From assembly GCA_963676535.2 (NCBI GenBank), contig CAXXKQ010000037.1:15613-79612 (forward strand): 64,000 nt of DNA, written 5' to 3'. The translations under genes and the position numbers were made by a program. The notes beneath the pieces were generated by a model that was not told the origin of the DNA, made no database searches, and was given only the letters and a program-made list of their open reading frames with translations. Positions 19,686-31,099 of this stretch are shown in pieces; position 1 is the first letter of the stretch, and each line of letters starts with the position of its first letter. Origin of the DNA: Prolixibacteraceae bacterium. GTDB taxonomy: Bacteria; Bacteroidota; Bacteroidia; Bacteroidales; Prolixibacteraceae.

Positions 19686-21257
19686 GGCTTGTTCCTCCAT
19701 CCGTTTTGGGTCCGATTTTAATTTGGCGCATCATGATTTTCAGTTCGGCAATCAGCAGCGTGGTGAAAATGATGGCAAAAAGCCAGAAAGTGACCTGCAC
19801 GGCCCCCGAACTGATTTTGGTAACGGCTGACATGGTCGGCATTAAATCCTGAATGACCCAGGGCTGACGGCCAGCTTCGGCCAGCACCCAACCCGCCTGG
19901 CTGGCCAGGTAAGCCAGCGGAATGGTCCAGAGAGCAGCCCGAAGGAAAAACTTATGCTTGTGAATTTTGCCTTTCAGGGTATAATAAAGTGCAAGGATGA
20001 AAAAAAAGATAAAATATCCGCCAAGCACCACCATGATATGAAAGCTGTAAAACGATAAAGGAATACTTGGCACCAGCGTGTGCGGATCGCTGATGTAACC
20101 GTAACCAAAATAGCTGAAATAGTTTTTCTGGAACCCGGGACTCATAATCTCGGTTTTCAGCGAATCGGCCTTAACCAGTTCGCCCGATTTTTTAGCTTCT
20201 TTATAAGCAGTGAGTTTTTCGATAGCCACCTTCCCCCGGCTTATCTTTTCCATCGCCGGAATAATTCCGTATTTTTCATTTCCCCGAATCAGGTCGTTTA
20301 CTCCCGGAACAAAAGCATCCCAGTTCAAAAAAGCCATGTACGAAAGGATATTTGGAATCTCGATTCTCACCGCAAAATCTTTCAGGTTCTCGTTCGACGG
20401 ATCAGCCTGGTTTTGTGAAATAAAACCCAAAGCCACCAGTCCGGCGCCTTCGCTTCCGTTGTATAAACCTTCGAAGGCAGCAAATTTCATGGGCTGATGA
20501 TGGGCAATGTCGCGGGCAGAGCTGTCGCCGGTCATTACCGTGTACATGGATGCGAGGAATCCGAAAACGGCGGCTACCACAATGCTTTTCCGTGCAAAAA
20601 TAATATCCCGTCCTTTCAGGATGTACCAGGCCGAAACGCCAATGACAAAAATGGCGGCCAGAACAAAACTTGATGATGTTGTATGCAGAAATTTATGAAC
20701 GGCCATGGGAGAGAACAGCACATCCCAGAAACTGGTCATTTCCATGCGGGCGGTTTCAGGATTAAAGACCATGCCAACAGGTTTCTGCATCCAGCCGTTG
20801 GCTACCAGAATCCAAAGGGCCGAAAGGTTGGCGCCAATGGCGGTGAGCCAGGTGGAGAGCAGGTGAAAGCGTTTACTTACCTTGTTCCACCCAAAAAACA
20901 TGATGGCAATGAAGGTGGATTCCATGAAAAAGGCCAAAATACCTTCGATGGCCAGCGGAGCGCCAAAAATATCGCCTACGAACCAGGAGTAATTCGACCA
21001 GTTGGTGCCGAATTCAAATTCAAGAATAATTCCGGTTGCCACGCCAATGGCGAAAGTTGATGCCGAACAAGGGTCATCCAGAATTTGGTAATCCGTTTCC
21101 ACTCCGGATTTCCGGTTTTGACATACAGGGTTTCCATGATGGCAATGATGATGCCCAACCCCAATGTCAGCGGCACAAAAATCCAGTGGTACATGGCCGT
21201 CAGGGCAAATTGCCCGCGCGACCAGTTGATTAGAGATAAATCGAGTAATTCAGGCAT
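19678..21257 (-). pseudogene. cydA: cytochrome bd ubiquinol oxidase subunit I, reading frame broken near 21052-21068
   Basis: ORF 20976..21257 encodes the CydA N-terminus ([38 protein letters not shown]...KFWMTL). ORF 19678..21102 continues with [20 protein letters not shown]...GDIFGAPLAIEG...GRQPW. The conserved FGINF linker is readable only in the third frame between two extra bases. Confidence 0.85.
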
Positions 21258-21271
21258 TGGTTTTTTATTTG

Positions 21272-21457
21272 TTAGTTGATATCTGTTAAATTCTCCAAAA
21301 CGTGATTGCTGCGTTCGGTATCGTTTTTAAAATTTGTTTTCAGAAAATCGGGGAAAAAGAAGATTTTCAGAATGACAAACATGACAAACAATTTGATCAG
21401 GATGACCAGCCAAACCTGCTTTCCCCAGCGCGGCATAGAGGCTGAAACCTTCGGCAT
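21272..21457 (-). CDS. DUF4492-like small membrane protein upstream of cydA
   Basis: 61-aa ORF with one TM helix ([21 protein letters not shown]). Its position immediately 5' of cydAB matches Bacteroidota DUF4492. Confidence 0.6.
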   Translation of the reverse strand: MPKVSASMPRWGKQVWLVILIKLFVMFVILKIFFFPDFLKTNFKNDTERSNHVLENLTDIN

Positions 21458-21900
21458 AAAAACGGTATATTCTCCTGAAAATATTCATGGATAAAAGCAA
21501 TACAAAAGTTAGTAATAGTGATTTTTAAAGTTAAGCTGAATTTTCAGGATTTCAGGACTGTCCGGTCGAAAAATCACTTCGATTAAATTGATGATTGATA
21601 GATTTTCCTAAAAACAAGACTTACAATTAACTCTCTAATTGATTTCTGACTTAGCGTCCAAAACAAGAATAGTATAAACCAAAAGAAAATCGAAATGTCC
21701 CGGTTGTTAAAAATCTGCTCTATTCTATTAATCGTTTCCAAATCTGGTCGAGTTTGTCTCATTTGAAATGAGTCATTTAGCCTTCTTAACTAGTAACTGT
21801 CAGTATGACAATATTACTTTTCGGTCCAATCGTTGATGTATTCTAACTTTCGGATTTTTTCTGGAACTTAGTGAACTAACTGTTGAATTCAGGAATATTC

Positions 21901-22917
21901 TTACTCAGAAACTGGCTTCAATCCCAGTTTTTCTTCAGCAAACTTAAAACTGGCATCCTCGACATCCTGCCATTGCTTCGAGAAAAGTTTACTTCCAATC
22001 GGATGGGCTCCCGCTTCGGGAAAAGCTACTTTTTGCTTCAGGTTTTCCGGTGTTCCGAGCTGGTCGAACATCTTCAGCATGGCATCAACCCTGACCACCT
22101 GATCCTGATTTTGCTCGTCTTTGTAATAATATCCGAGAAAAACCGGCTTGTTTACTTTTGCAAAAATTTCTTTTTTCATGGTCGATTCAACCAGTTGCTG
22201 AAGGTAAACCACCGCTTCCAGACGATATTTGCAATTCCAGTAGCGACAATCTTCCGAAGCGAAATCGGGGTTGGTTACGCGGTAATTTCCTTTATAAACA
22301 CTGCGTGCAATCTGCAATCCCCATGGTTTACTCAACAGGAAAGCTGCCGGATTGTTAATGGCAATGTTGGGTGAAAGTAAAATCAGTCCTTCCATCAGTT
22401 GCGGAAATTCGGCAGCCAGCTTCAGCATCAGCGTTCCGCCGCTTGAGGTTCCCATCAGAATCACTTGATCGCCCAATGCCTGTGCGGCGACCAAAGCTTC
22501 TTTGGCCGATTCGTATAACCGGTCGGGCGTCATGTCGATCAGCGCTTCGGTGGTATCGATTCCGTGGGAAGCCAGTAGCGGAATGTATAGATTAATGCCA
22601 TATCGTCGGGCAAAATCGATATGCACGGGGTTTCCTTCGTACCACGACGCTGAAAAACCGTGAATATAAAGCAAACAATACGATGTTTTATTTTTCAGAC
22701 TATCGTTGGCCCAGATTACCCGGCTTTCGTTGTCGGGTTTGATTTTCAGCCGGGCTTCTTTTTGTTTCAGATAACCTTCAAAGTCAGAAGTCTCAACCTG
22801 TATTTTCGGAAGTTCGGCAGATAATTCGGGTTTAGGGAATTTTGGGCCCGACAGGTAAGTAATTGCAAGAACAACAATTAAAGCTCCAACAACCAGCAAA
22901 AATTTTTTCATAGCCAA
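21901..22917 (-). CDS. alpha/beta hydrolase (exported esterase/lipase-like)
   Basis: 338-aa ORF with a signal peptide, HGFSAS oxyanion region and nucleophile elbow GTSSG. Confidence 0.75.
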   Translation of the reverse strand: MAMKKFLLVVGALIVVLAITYLSGPKFPKPELSAELPKIQVETSDFEGYLKQKEARLKIKPDNESRVIWANDSLKNKTSYCLLYIHGFSASWYEGNPVHIDFARRYGINLYIPLLASHGIDTTEALIDMTPDRLYESAKEALVAAQALGDQVILMGTSSGGTLMLKLAAEFPQLMEGLILLSPNIAINNPAAFLLSKPWGLQIARSVYKGNYRVTNPDFASEDCRYWNCKYRLEAVVYLQQLVESTMKKEIFAKVNKPVFLGYYYKDEQNQDQVVRVDAMLKMFDQLGTPENLKQKVAFPEAGAHPIGSKLFSKQWQDVEDASFKFAEEKLGLKPVSE

Positions 22918-23033
22918 TTAGTTTTATCGGAATACCTGAAAATAGTTTTCTGCTAATCTACTGAAAATTGAATTGTATGTCAAGAGTCAATGTTAGAATG
23001 ATTTTAAGGAAAAGAAAACCAAATCCGGCGATT

Positions 23034-23438
23034 TTAGCTGATTTTTAAAACCGTCCCTTCCATAATGACTGTGTACATTTTTAGCGGATTTGGAGCCGGT
23101 CCTTGCAATACGGCTCCTGAAGTGCTGTAAACTGAACCATGGCAAGGACATTCAATGCGACCCGCCGAACTACTGTAAGCAACCGTGCAACTTTGGTGTG
23201 TGCAGATTTTTGATAAGGCCACATAATTGGTGGTGCTGGTGCGAATAACGATGATATTCCCCACGTAGGCAAATCCGCCAACCGTTTGAAGTGCGACGAA
23301 ATTATTCGAAGTTAAATCAACTGTGATTTCGCCCTGATTTTCATCTTCTGACTTGCTGCACGAAGTGAATGTTGCCGGGGCAAGGAACAAAATACTTCCT
23401 CCCATCAAGGCTGTGCTGAAAAATTCTTTTCTGTTCAT
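23034..23438 (-). CDS. Rieske (2Fe-2S) domain lipoprotein
   Basis: 134-aa ORF with a lipoprotein-type signal (FTSCSK) and Rieske boxes CTHQSC and CPCHGS. Confidence 0.8.
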   Translation of the reverse strand: MNRKEFFSTALMGGSILFLAPATFTSCSKSEDENQGEITVDLTSNNFVALQTVGGFAYVGNIIVIRTSTTNYVALSKICTHQSCTVAYSSSAGRIECPCHGSVYSTSGAVLQGPAPNPLKMYTVIMEGTVLKIS

Positions 23439-23664
23439 CTGAATATGTTTTAACGTTGAATCATGTTCACTTGTCCGGTGAGCGATTTTCAGGAGTTGAT
23501 TTTTGAAAGGAATGCTAACTTTAGGAAAAATTTATATTACAAAGCATTTTAGTAAACAAGTTGGACAATTATTGGTTCAATTGTTCTATTCTGAAGTCAT
23601 TGAGCTAAACTTTAAAAATCAGAATTTGTTACTTTTAAATCACTGAAAAACCAATTGTTCAACT

Positions 23665-26397
23665 ATGGATAAATTTTCGCAGGTGGGAAACCAGGAAATC
23701 GCCGCCATTGAAGAGTTATACGCATCGTATTTAGCCGATCCGGAGTCGGTTGACTCAAGCTGGAAGAATTTTTTTGCCGGATTTGAGTTTGCCCGGAAGA
23801 ACTTTGCCGACCCGAAAGACTTACCTCATGATGACAAAATCGACAAGGAATTTGCAATCCTGAACCTGATTCACGGCTACCGTCAGCGCGGGCATTTGTT
23901 TACCAAAACCAATCCGGTTCGGTCGCGCCGGAAATATTTGCCAACACTCGACATTGAAAACTTCGGTCTGCAAAAGTCCGATCTCGATACGGTTTTTCAG
24001 GCTGGTAATAATATTGGCATTGGTCCGGCCACTTTACGGGCGATCATTGAGCATTTGGAAGCCACCTATTGTCAGTCAATTGGCGTCGAATATGTGTTTA
24101 TGCGCCATCCCGAATTGATCGACTGGCTGAAGGTGAAAATGGAATCAGTTCGCAATTCCCAGGTTTTTAGTCCTGAACAACAAAAACATATTTACTACCA
24201 CCTGAAACTGGCTGTTGGATTTGAAAACTTCATCCACAAAAAATTTGTGGGCCAGAAACGATTTTCTCTTGAAGGCGGCGAAGCGATGATTCCCGCGTTG
24301 GATGCGGTTATCGAACATGGTTCGGAACTCGGGATTAATGAGTTTGTAATTGGCATGGCCCACCGTGGCCGATTAAATGTACTGGCTAATATCCTGGAGA
24401 AACCCTACGAATACATTTTTAAGGAATTTGTCGGAACCGAATATGAGCAAGATCTTTCGCTGGGCGATGTAAAATACCATCTTGGGTTACGAAAATGAAG
24501 TGAAAACCGATGCAGGTAAAAAGGTGAAATTAAGCCTGATGCCTAATCCATCGCACCTCGAAACTGTTGCTCCATCTGGTGGAAGGAATGGCCCGTTCAC
24601 GAATCGATCATAAATATGACGGCGATTACGATAAAGTTGCCTCGATTGTGATTCATGGCGATGCCGCCATTGCAACACAGGGGATCGTTTATGAGGTGAT
24701 TCAGATGTCGCAGTTGCCCGGCTACAAAACCGGCGGAACGATTCACTCTGGTCATCAACAACCAGGTTGGGTTCACGACCAACTACCTCGATGCCCGTTC
24801 GAGTACCTATTGTACCGACGTGGCTAAAGTAACCCGTTCTCCCGTTTTTCATGTGAACGGCGACGATGTGGAAGCCATTATCTTCACGGTGAAGCTGGCC
24901 ATGGAGTTCCGCCAGCGTTTTCACTCCGATGTTTTTATTGATATTTTATGCTATCGGAAATACGGTCATAACGAAGGCGACGAGCCTCGTTTCACCCAGC
25001 CTTTGTTGTACAAAGCGATCGAAAAACATCCGAATCCGCGTGATATTTATGCGGAGAAACTGGTTCAGCAAGGAGTGTTTACTTCGGAAGAAGCAAGTCG
25101 TTTGAATCAGGAATTTGATCATTTTCTGGAAGGAAAATACCAGGAATCGGAAAAGATGGAAAAAGTAAAAGTCAGGCGATTTCTGAATAGTGAATACACC
25201 AAATTCGATAATCCGACAAAGTCAGATTTGCACAAACCGATAAAAACGGGCGCTGGAAAAGGCGAACTATTACGGATTGCAGAGCGGATCAACTATCTTC
25301 CTCCGGATAAAAAATTCTTCAAAAAAGTTGACCGTATTGTCGAGGACCGGCGAATGATGATGCTCGACAACCGCCTCGATTGGGCCATGGCCGAATTGCT
25401 GGCTTACGGAACGCTGCTTGAAGATGGTTTTTCTGTTCGGTTAAGCGGGCAGGACTCTGAGCGTGGTACGTTTGCCCATCGCCATGCTGCTTTTGTGGTT
25501 GAAGATACCGACGATAAATATTTCCCGCTGAAAAATATCAGCGCGAAACAGGCGAAATTTGATATTTACAATTCACTGTTATCCGAGTACGGGGTGCTGG
25601 GATATGAATACGGATATGCATTGGCCAATCCGAAGAACCTGACTATCTGGGAGGCCCAGTTTGGTGATTTCGCCAATGTGGCGCAGGTTATTTTCGACCA
25701 GTATATTTCATCAGCTTATGAAAAATGGGGCATGATGAACAGCCTGGTACTTTACCTCCCGCATGGATATGAAGGGCAGGGGCCGGAGCATTCAAGCGCA
25801 CGCATCGAACGTTTTTTGAACCTGACAGCTGATAACAACATTCAGGTGGTGGTGCCAACTACTCCTGCAAACATGTTTCATTTGCTGAGGCGGCAGATGC
25901 ATGCCGGTTACCGTATTCCGCTGGTTGTGTTCACTCCGAAAAGCCTGCTTCGCCATCCGATGGTGACTTCGTCTGTTGAAGAACTGGCCGACGGAACATT
26001 TCAGGAAATAATCGAGGATGCGGTTGTCCGGCCGGCCGAAATTACCAAATTAGTGTTTACCTTCGGAAAACTGTATTACGACTTGCATAAACGCCAGACC
26101 GAAGAAGGAATCCGGAATGTGGCCGTTGTTCGGGTTGAACAGTTGTTCCCGTTGAATACAAATCGGATAAAAGCGATCATTGCCAAATATCCGAATGCCA
26201 AAAGAATTGTATGGGCACAGGATGAACCTTCAAACATGGGAGCATGGCAAAACATTCAGCGGTTTTTACCCGATGTTCCGTTCGAGTTGATTTCGCGGCC
26301 AGCCAGTGCCAGTCCGGCAGTTGGCCTGATGTTTCAGCACAATATCGGTTTGAAAAAGATTCTTGATACCGTTTTTGAAGAGAAGGTATTGGCTTAG
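23665..26397 (+). pseudogene. sucA: 2-oxoglutarate dehydrogenase E1 component, interrupted by three +1 indels (about 24485, 24575, 24747)
   Basis: ORFs 23665..24498, 24567..24827 and 24820..26397, plus an unlisted bridge, together read as one contiguous SucA ([51 protein letters not shown]...GGTIH/LVINNQVGFTTNYLDARSS...). Frames run 1 to 2 to 3 and back to 1. Confidence 0.88.
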
Positions 26398-26463
26398 GAA
26401 AAGGTCATTAGCCATTAGGAAAGAGGAAGACCAAAATGAAAGTAAACAACCAATAATACAAAC

Positions 26464-27729
26464 ATGTTAATTGAAATCAAAATACCAACACCCGGCGAAT
26501 CAATTACTGAAGTTGAACTTGGAAAATGGTTAGTTGCCGATGGCGATCAGGTTGAAAAAGATCAGGAAGTTGCCGAAATCGAATCCGATAAAGCAACACT
26601 GACTTTGTCGGCTACCGAAAGCGGACAAATTCATTTTGCTGTGACCGAAGGCGATCGCGTTGCTGTTGGAACCATTGCCTGCACGATTGATACCTCCGTT
26701 TCAGGAGCAAAAACTGAAGTAAAACCAGTTGCTGAAATGAAAAAAGAAGTTGTTTCAGCTCCTGAAGTTGTTTCGGGAACCAGGCCGGAAGTGGAAGAAA
26801 GCAAGGTGAAAGTGACTTCTGTGGCCCGGAAGATGATGCAAGAATATCATCTTTCGATGGAAGAAGTTTTAGCTGGTCTATATCGTATTTCCAAGAGCGA
26901 TATTGAAGCAGTTCTGACCTTGCCAAAGGATGAGGGTAAACTCACCATTTCGACAAGTTCACTGAGCAGTTCGCCGTTCGCTGAGCCTGTCGAAGCGTCA
27001 CGCACTGAAAAACGGGAAAAGATGACTTCATTGCGCCGTAAGTTAAGCGAACGGCTTGTTTCGGTTAAAAACGAAACCGCCATGCTGACTACGTTCAACG
27101 AGATTGATATGAGCCGGGTAATGGAAATGCGGGCAAAACTTCAGAATAAGTTCGTTGAGAAATATGGCTTGAAATTGGGTTTCATGTCCATCTTTACCAA
27201 GGCAGTTGCCGAAGCCATGCAATTTCATCCGACGATTAACTCGCAAATCAATGGAGAAGAAATTGTTTCACCTGAATTTGTGGATGTTGGCATTGCTGTT
27301 CAAACGCCCAAAGGTTTGATGGTGCCGATTATCAGGAATGCCGAGAGTAAAACAATCCCGGCCATTGAGCTTGAAATAAAAGAACTGGCCGAAAAAGCCC
27401 GTAACAAAAAAATATCGGTGGAGGAACTGACCGGAGGAACGTTTACTATTACCAATGGCGGAACTTTCGGTTCATTGCTTTCAACTCCCATTATTAATCC
27501 GCCGCAATCGGCTATTTTGGGGATGCACAACATTGTAGATCGTCCGGTAGCAGTGAATGGTCAGGTTGTTATTCGCCCAATGATGTACGTGGCCCTGTCG
27601 TATGATCACCGGATTATCGACGGGAAAGATTCTGTTGGGTTCCTGGTTAAAGTAAAAGAACTGGTTGAAAATCCGGAACGCCTGCTTACCGGTGGTAAAA
27701 ATCCGGAGGAAGTGCTACTGGGATTGTAA
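26464..27729 (+). CDS. sucB: dihydrolipoyllysine-residue succinyltransferase (2-oxoglutarate dehydrogenase E2)
   Basis: 421-aa ORF with an N-terminal lipoyl domain ([11 protein letters not shown]), an E3-binding segment and a C-terminal 2-oxoacid acyltransferase domain ([12 protein letters not shown]). Confidence 0.93.
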   Translation: MLIEIKIPTPGESITEVELGKWLVADGDQVEKDQEVAEIESDKATLTLSATESGQIHFAVTEGDRVAVGTIACTIDTSVSGAKTEVKPVAEMKKEVVSAPEVVSGTRPEVEESKVKVTSVARKMMQEYHLSMEEVLAGLYRISKSDIEAVLTLPKDEGKLTISTSSLSSSPFAEPVEASRTEKREKMTSLRRKLSERLVSVKNETAMLTTFNEIDMSRVMEMRAKLQNKFVEKYGLKLGFMSIFTKAVAEAMQFHPTINSQINGEEIVSPEFVDVGIAVQTPKGLMVPIIRNAESKTIPAIELEIKELAEKARNKKISVEELTGGTFTITNGGTFGSLLSTPIINPPQSAILGMHNIVDRPVAVNGQVVIRPMMYVALSYDHRIIDGKDSVGFLVKVKELVENPERLLTGGKNPEEVLLGL

Positions 27730-27791
27730 CCAAGCCCCTGGAATTTCTACAGATAAATCATTATTAATACCAGCAAGGCCCGTTGCTTCGT

Positions 27792-28364
27792 TTATTTCGA
27801 GCCGATAATGATCTCATCCAAGCCTCGTTTGGGAACGTGGTGAATCTGATTCTCATCACGCCAGTATTTCACATCGTCGTCTTTCATTTCGTCCAGAATA
27901 ACAGTTTCTTTGGGCTTTCCAAGTGCGAGCACCTGGATGATCTGATATTGTTCGGAAAGATTCAGGAGTTCACGAAGTTTGTTTCGGTTAACCGAGTGCA
28001 CGATGCAGCCGCCAAATCCGGCTTCGGTAGCTCCCAGCAAAATGCTTTGTGCAGCAATTCCGTCGTCGCACAAATAGTTCCCCGCAATTAGCGTATCGTG
28101 AAGCATGATAATATATGCCGACGGGCGTTCGCCTTCTTCAGGGCCCGACCAATAAGTCAGGTAACCTGCCCATGCCAGTTGCTCAAAGATTTGTTGATTG
28201 AAAGACTCACCGGTACTGAGCAAATATTTTAAGGGCTGTGCATTCCGGGCTGACGCTGAATTTCGGGCAAGATTGACCCATTCACGGAGTTGTGTTTCGG
28301 AAATTCGCTCGGATTGGTAAAAGCGGCGGTAACTTCTGTTTTTCAGGATAAGATCTTTTAACAT
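27792..28364 (-). CDS. nitroreductase family protein
   Basis: 190-aa ORF with an N-terminal RRSYRRF-like motif (NRSYRRFYQSE) and SARNAQP, typical of NAD(P)H nitroreductases. Confidence 0.8.
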   Translation of the reverse strand: MLKDLILKNRSYRRFYQSERISETQLREWVNLARNSASARNAQPLKYLLSTGESFNQQIFEQLAWAGYLTYWSGPEEGERPSAYIIMLHDTLIAGNYLCDDGIAAQSILLGATEAGFGGCIVHSVNRNKLRELLNLSEQYQIIQVLALGKPKETVILDEMKDDDVKYWRDENQIHHVPKRGLDEIIIGSK

Positions 28365-28560
28365 GACTGCTGATTTTAGAACAGGCTAAAAATAAGCAAT
28401 TGCCTTGATTTCGGAATAAGGATTAGGATTTTTGATTATCGATGCAGTACTAAAGACACTAATTTGTCCTTTATGACTGCTAATCGTCATTCAGATTCTA
28501 ATCTATAATCTAACTTATTTCTTAATTTCGGATCATTATTTACTTCTAACGCTTATCAGT

Positions 28561-29946
28561 ATGGGCAATCAACGCAATTTAGTCAGGACACTTGGTCTGG
28601 GATATGTTATCATTTTTGTAATTGCAAATATCATTGGATCAGGAGTGTATAAAAAGATTGCTCCAATGGCTGCCGAACTTCAGTCTTCTTCGTGGATACT
28701 CCTGGCTTGGATCGTCGGAGGAATTATCACCCTCTTTGGTGCTTTGAGTAATGCTGAAGTTGCAGGGCTACTAGCCGATACCGGGGGTGAATTTGTTTAT
28801 TTAAAACGAATTTATAATCGGTTTTTTGCATTTATCTATGGCTGGTCACTGTTTACTATTATTCAGACGGCAACCATTTCTTCGCTGGCTTATGTTTTTG
28901 CCCAGTCACTGAACAGCATCATGCCCATTCCTGAAATTTTACCCTCTTTGCAACATGTTTCGATAGGAGGTGTTTTCTTCCCTTTTCAGGATTTTGGAGT
29001 TAAGCTTGTTGCCATTCTGCTGATCTTGATACTGACCGGACTCAATATTTCAGGCTTAAAAAGCGGAGCCTGGACGAGTAAAGCCATTTTGTTTCTGGTT
29101 GGCACAGGTCTTCTTCTGATTATTCTGTTTGGATTAAGCAGTTCGGTTGTACGGCCTGCCAATTTTTTGGATGTTCGGGACCTGTCAAACGGAGCAGTCA
29201 CACTTTCTTCTTTCTACACGGCCATGCTGGCTGCTTTCTGGGCTTACCAGGGATGGGTTTCCGTTGGATTTATCGGAGGAGAAATTAAAGATTCAAAACG
29301 AAATATCCCGAAAGGAATTGTGATCGGCGTTTTTGTGGTAATTTCCATTTATTTGCTGGTAAATGTGACCTATCTCTCACTTTTGTCGATCCCTCAATTG
29401 GTGCAAATTCATGAGGCAGGTAATCAGATTGCAGCAGTGGAGGCTGTGCGAAGCTTCTGGGGAACTGGTGGTGTATTGTTTATCTCATTGCTGATCCTTC
29501 TGACCACGCTGGGATGCACCAATGCCAGTATTCTCACAGGTTCCCGTCCATATTACGCGATGGCGCGCGAAGGGCTTTTCTTTTCAGGGATTCAAAAAAT
29601 CAATAAAAACAATGTTCCTTCTAATTCACTTCTGTGGCAGGGCGTCTGGGCATCTGTGCTGGTTTTGTCCGGAACATTCGATCAATTGACAGACATGGTA
29701 ATTTTTGCTGTTTTTATTTTTTACGGAGCCACAACGTTGGGAGTATTTATCTTGCGTCGTAAAATGCCCGATGCACATCGTCCTTACAAAGTCTGGGGGT
29801 ATCCGGTTGTGCCGGCTATCTTCATCATTTTTTGTATTGGCCTGTTTTTTAATACGATTGTGACCCGACCCCGTGAAGCAGCCATCGGTATGATTCTCAT
29901 ATTGGCAGGTATACCGGTTTACTTTTTACTGAATAGAAAACATTAG
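28561..29946 (+). CDS. APC-family amino acid permease
   Basis: 461-aa ORF with about 12 TM helices and N-terminal IANIIGSGVYK typical of APC transporters. Confidence 0.85.
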   Translation: MGNQRNLVRTLGLGYVIIFVIANIIGSGVYKKIAPMAAELQSSSWILLAWIVGGIITLFGALSNAEVAGLLADTGGEFVYLKRIYNRFFAFIYGWSLFTIIQTATISSLAYVFAQSLNSIMPIPEILPSLQHVSIGGVFFPFQDFGVKLVAILLILILTGLNISGLKSGAWTSKAILFLVGTGLLLIILFGLSSSVVRPANFLDVRDLSNGAVTLSSFYTAMLAAFWAYQGWVSVGFIGGEIKDSKRNIPKGIVIGVFVVISIYLLVNVTYLSLLSIPQLVQIHEAGNQIAAVEAVRSFWGTGGVLFISLLILLTTLGCTNASILTGSRPYYAMAREGLFFSGIQKINKNNVPSNSLLWQGVWASVLVLSGTFDQLTDMVIFAVFIFYGATTLGVFILRRKMPDAHRPYKVWGYPVVPAIFIIFCIGLFFNTIVTRPREAAIGMILILAGIPVYFLLNRKH

Positions 29947-29975
29947 CCTTACATATCCAACTAAACTTTAAGCGT

Positions 29976-31085
29976 ATGAAAAACTTAATCGTCAGGACTT
30001 TATTGATGATCGTGATGATGGCTGCAGCCATCACCGGAGTTTCCGGCCAGCCGAAGCTGGATAGCTTATTGCCAGTCCGGGGCTTTTGTATTGCCTTACC
30101 AACTCCCGGCAATCTTAATGAATTTGTAAATTTTATAAACACCGAACTGGCTCCCCGGCAGGTGAATACTTTGGTTTTACGAGTTGAGTACAAGTACAAA
30201 TTCAAAAGCCATCCTGAACTGATTGATACGCTTGCACTTTCAAAAAGAGAAATCAGAAAAATTGTGAAAGCCTGCAAGAAAAATAATATCAGGCTAATTC
30301 CGCTTATCGATTTGCTTGGTCATCAGTCGGGTGCAAAAGGACCGGGAAAACTTTTGCGTGTATATCCTCAGTTTGACGAAACACCTATGCCAAAAGTTCC
30401 TGATACGGCAAAAGTTGTTCTGAACGGTTTCAAGATGAAGAGTTACTGTCCGCTGCATCCGGATGTTCACGAAGTTCTGTTTGATGTAATCGATGAAGTT
30501 TGTGATGTTTTTAATGCTGATGTATTTCATGCAGGAATGGACGAGGTCTTTGATCTTGGAAACGACAAATGTCCGCGTTGTGCCGGGCGCGACAAAGCCG
30601 AATTGTTTGCGGGCGAAGTACGCCTGATACGCGATCATTTGGCAGGTAAAGGCAGAGTGATGTGGATGTGGGGCGACAGGCTCCTCGATGGCAAAACAAC
30701 CGGCATGGGCCGATGGGAAGCAAGTTACCTGAGCACCCACCGGGCAATTGACATGATTCCGAAGGACGTGGTGATTTGCGACTGGCATTACGAGCGCCCC
30801 GACTTATCAGCTGTATATTTTGCCATGAAAGGATTAAGTGTGATGACCTGTCCGTGGCGGAACCCGGTAAGTGCTATTGCACAGATTGAAGATATGGTTC
30901 GGTTCAGGCAAAATTCAACAAAAGAAATGAGTCAGCGCTTTCTTGGTATTATGGAAACGGTTTGGTCAAATACAAATACTTTTCTGGATGGTTTTTATGG
31001 AAGGACAACTGACGCAAAGTCCGGCGAAAATACGCCATGGAACTGTTTTCGGAAAATGTATGATAAAATCGGTGAGCTAAAATAG
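29976..31085 (+). CDS. GH20-like TIM-barrel glycosidase domain protein
   Basis: 369-aa exported ORF. LIDLLGHQSG and FHAGMDEVF resemble the GH20 HxGxDE catalytic region. There is no N-terminal GH20b domain, so the assignment is tentative. Confidence 0.5.
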   Translation: MKNLIVRTLLMIVMMAAAITGVSGQPKLDSLLPVRGFCIALPTPGNLNEFVNFINTELAPRQVNTLVLRVEYKYKFKSHPELIDTLALSKREIRKIVKACKKNNIRLIPLIDLLGHQSGAKGPGKLLRVYPQFDETPMPKVPDTAKVVLNGFKMKSYCPLHPDVHEVLFDVIDEVCDVFNADVFHAGMDEVFDLGNDKCPRCAGRDKAELFAGEVRLIRDHLAGKGRVMWMWGDRLLDGKTTGMGRWEASYLSTHRAIDMIPKDVVICDWHYERPDLSAVYFAMKGLSVMTCPWRNPVSAIAQIEDMVRFRQNSTKEMSQRFLGIMETVWSNTNTFLDGFYGRTTDAKSGENTPWNCFRKMYDKIGELK

Positions 31086-31099
31086 TGTCGCGTCCGAAT

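Noticed and set aside
19686-19700. Upstream start (MEEQAMFETF...) for cydB given in the ORF track
   Set aside because: The ATG at 19685 gives the usual cydA-stop/cydB-start overlap (ATGTTTGA) and a typical CydB N-terminus. The extra 5 codons lie inside cydA.
21052-24747. Programmed ribosomal frameshifting as the explanation for the cydA and sucA frame changes
   Set aside because: There are no slippery heptamers or downstream structures at the sites. cydA needs two shifts and sucA three shifts of the same sign within a short distance, which does not resemble any known recoding mechanism. Indels are simpler.
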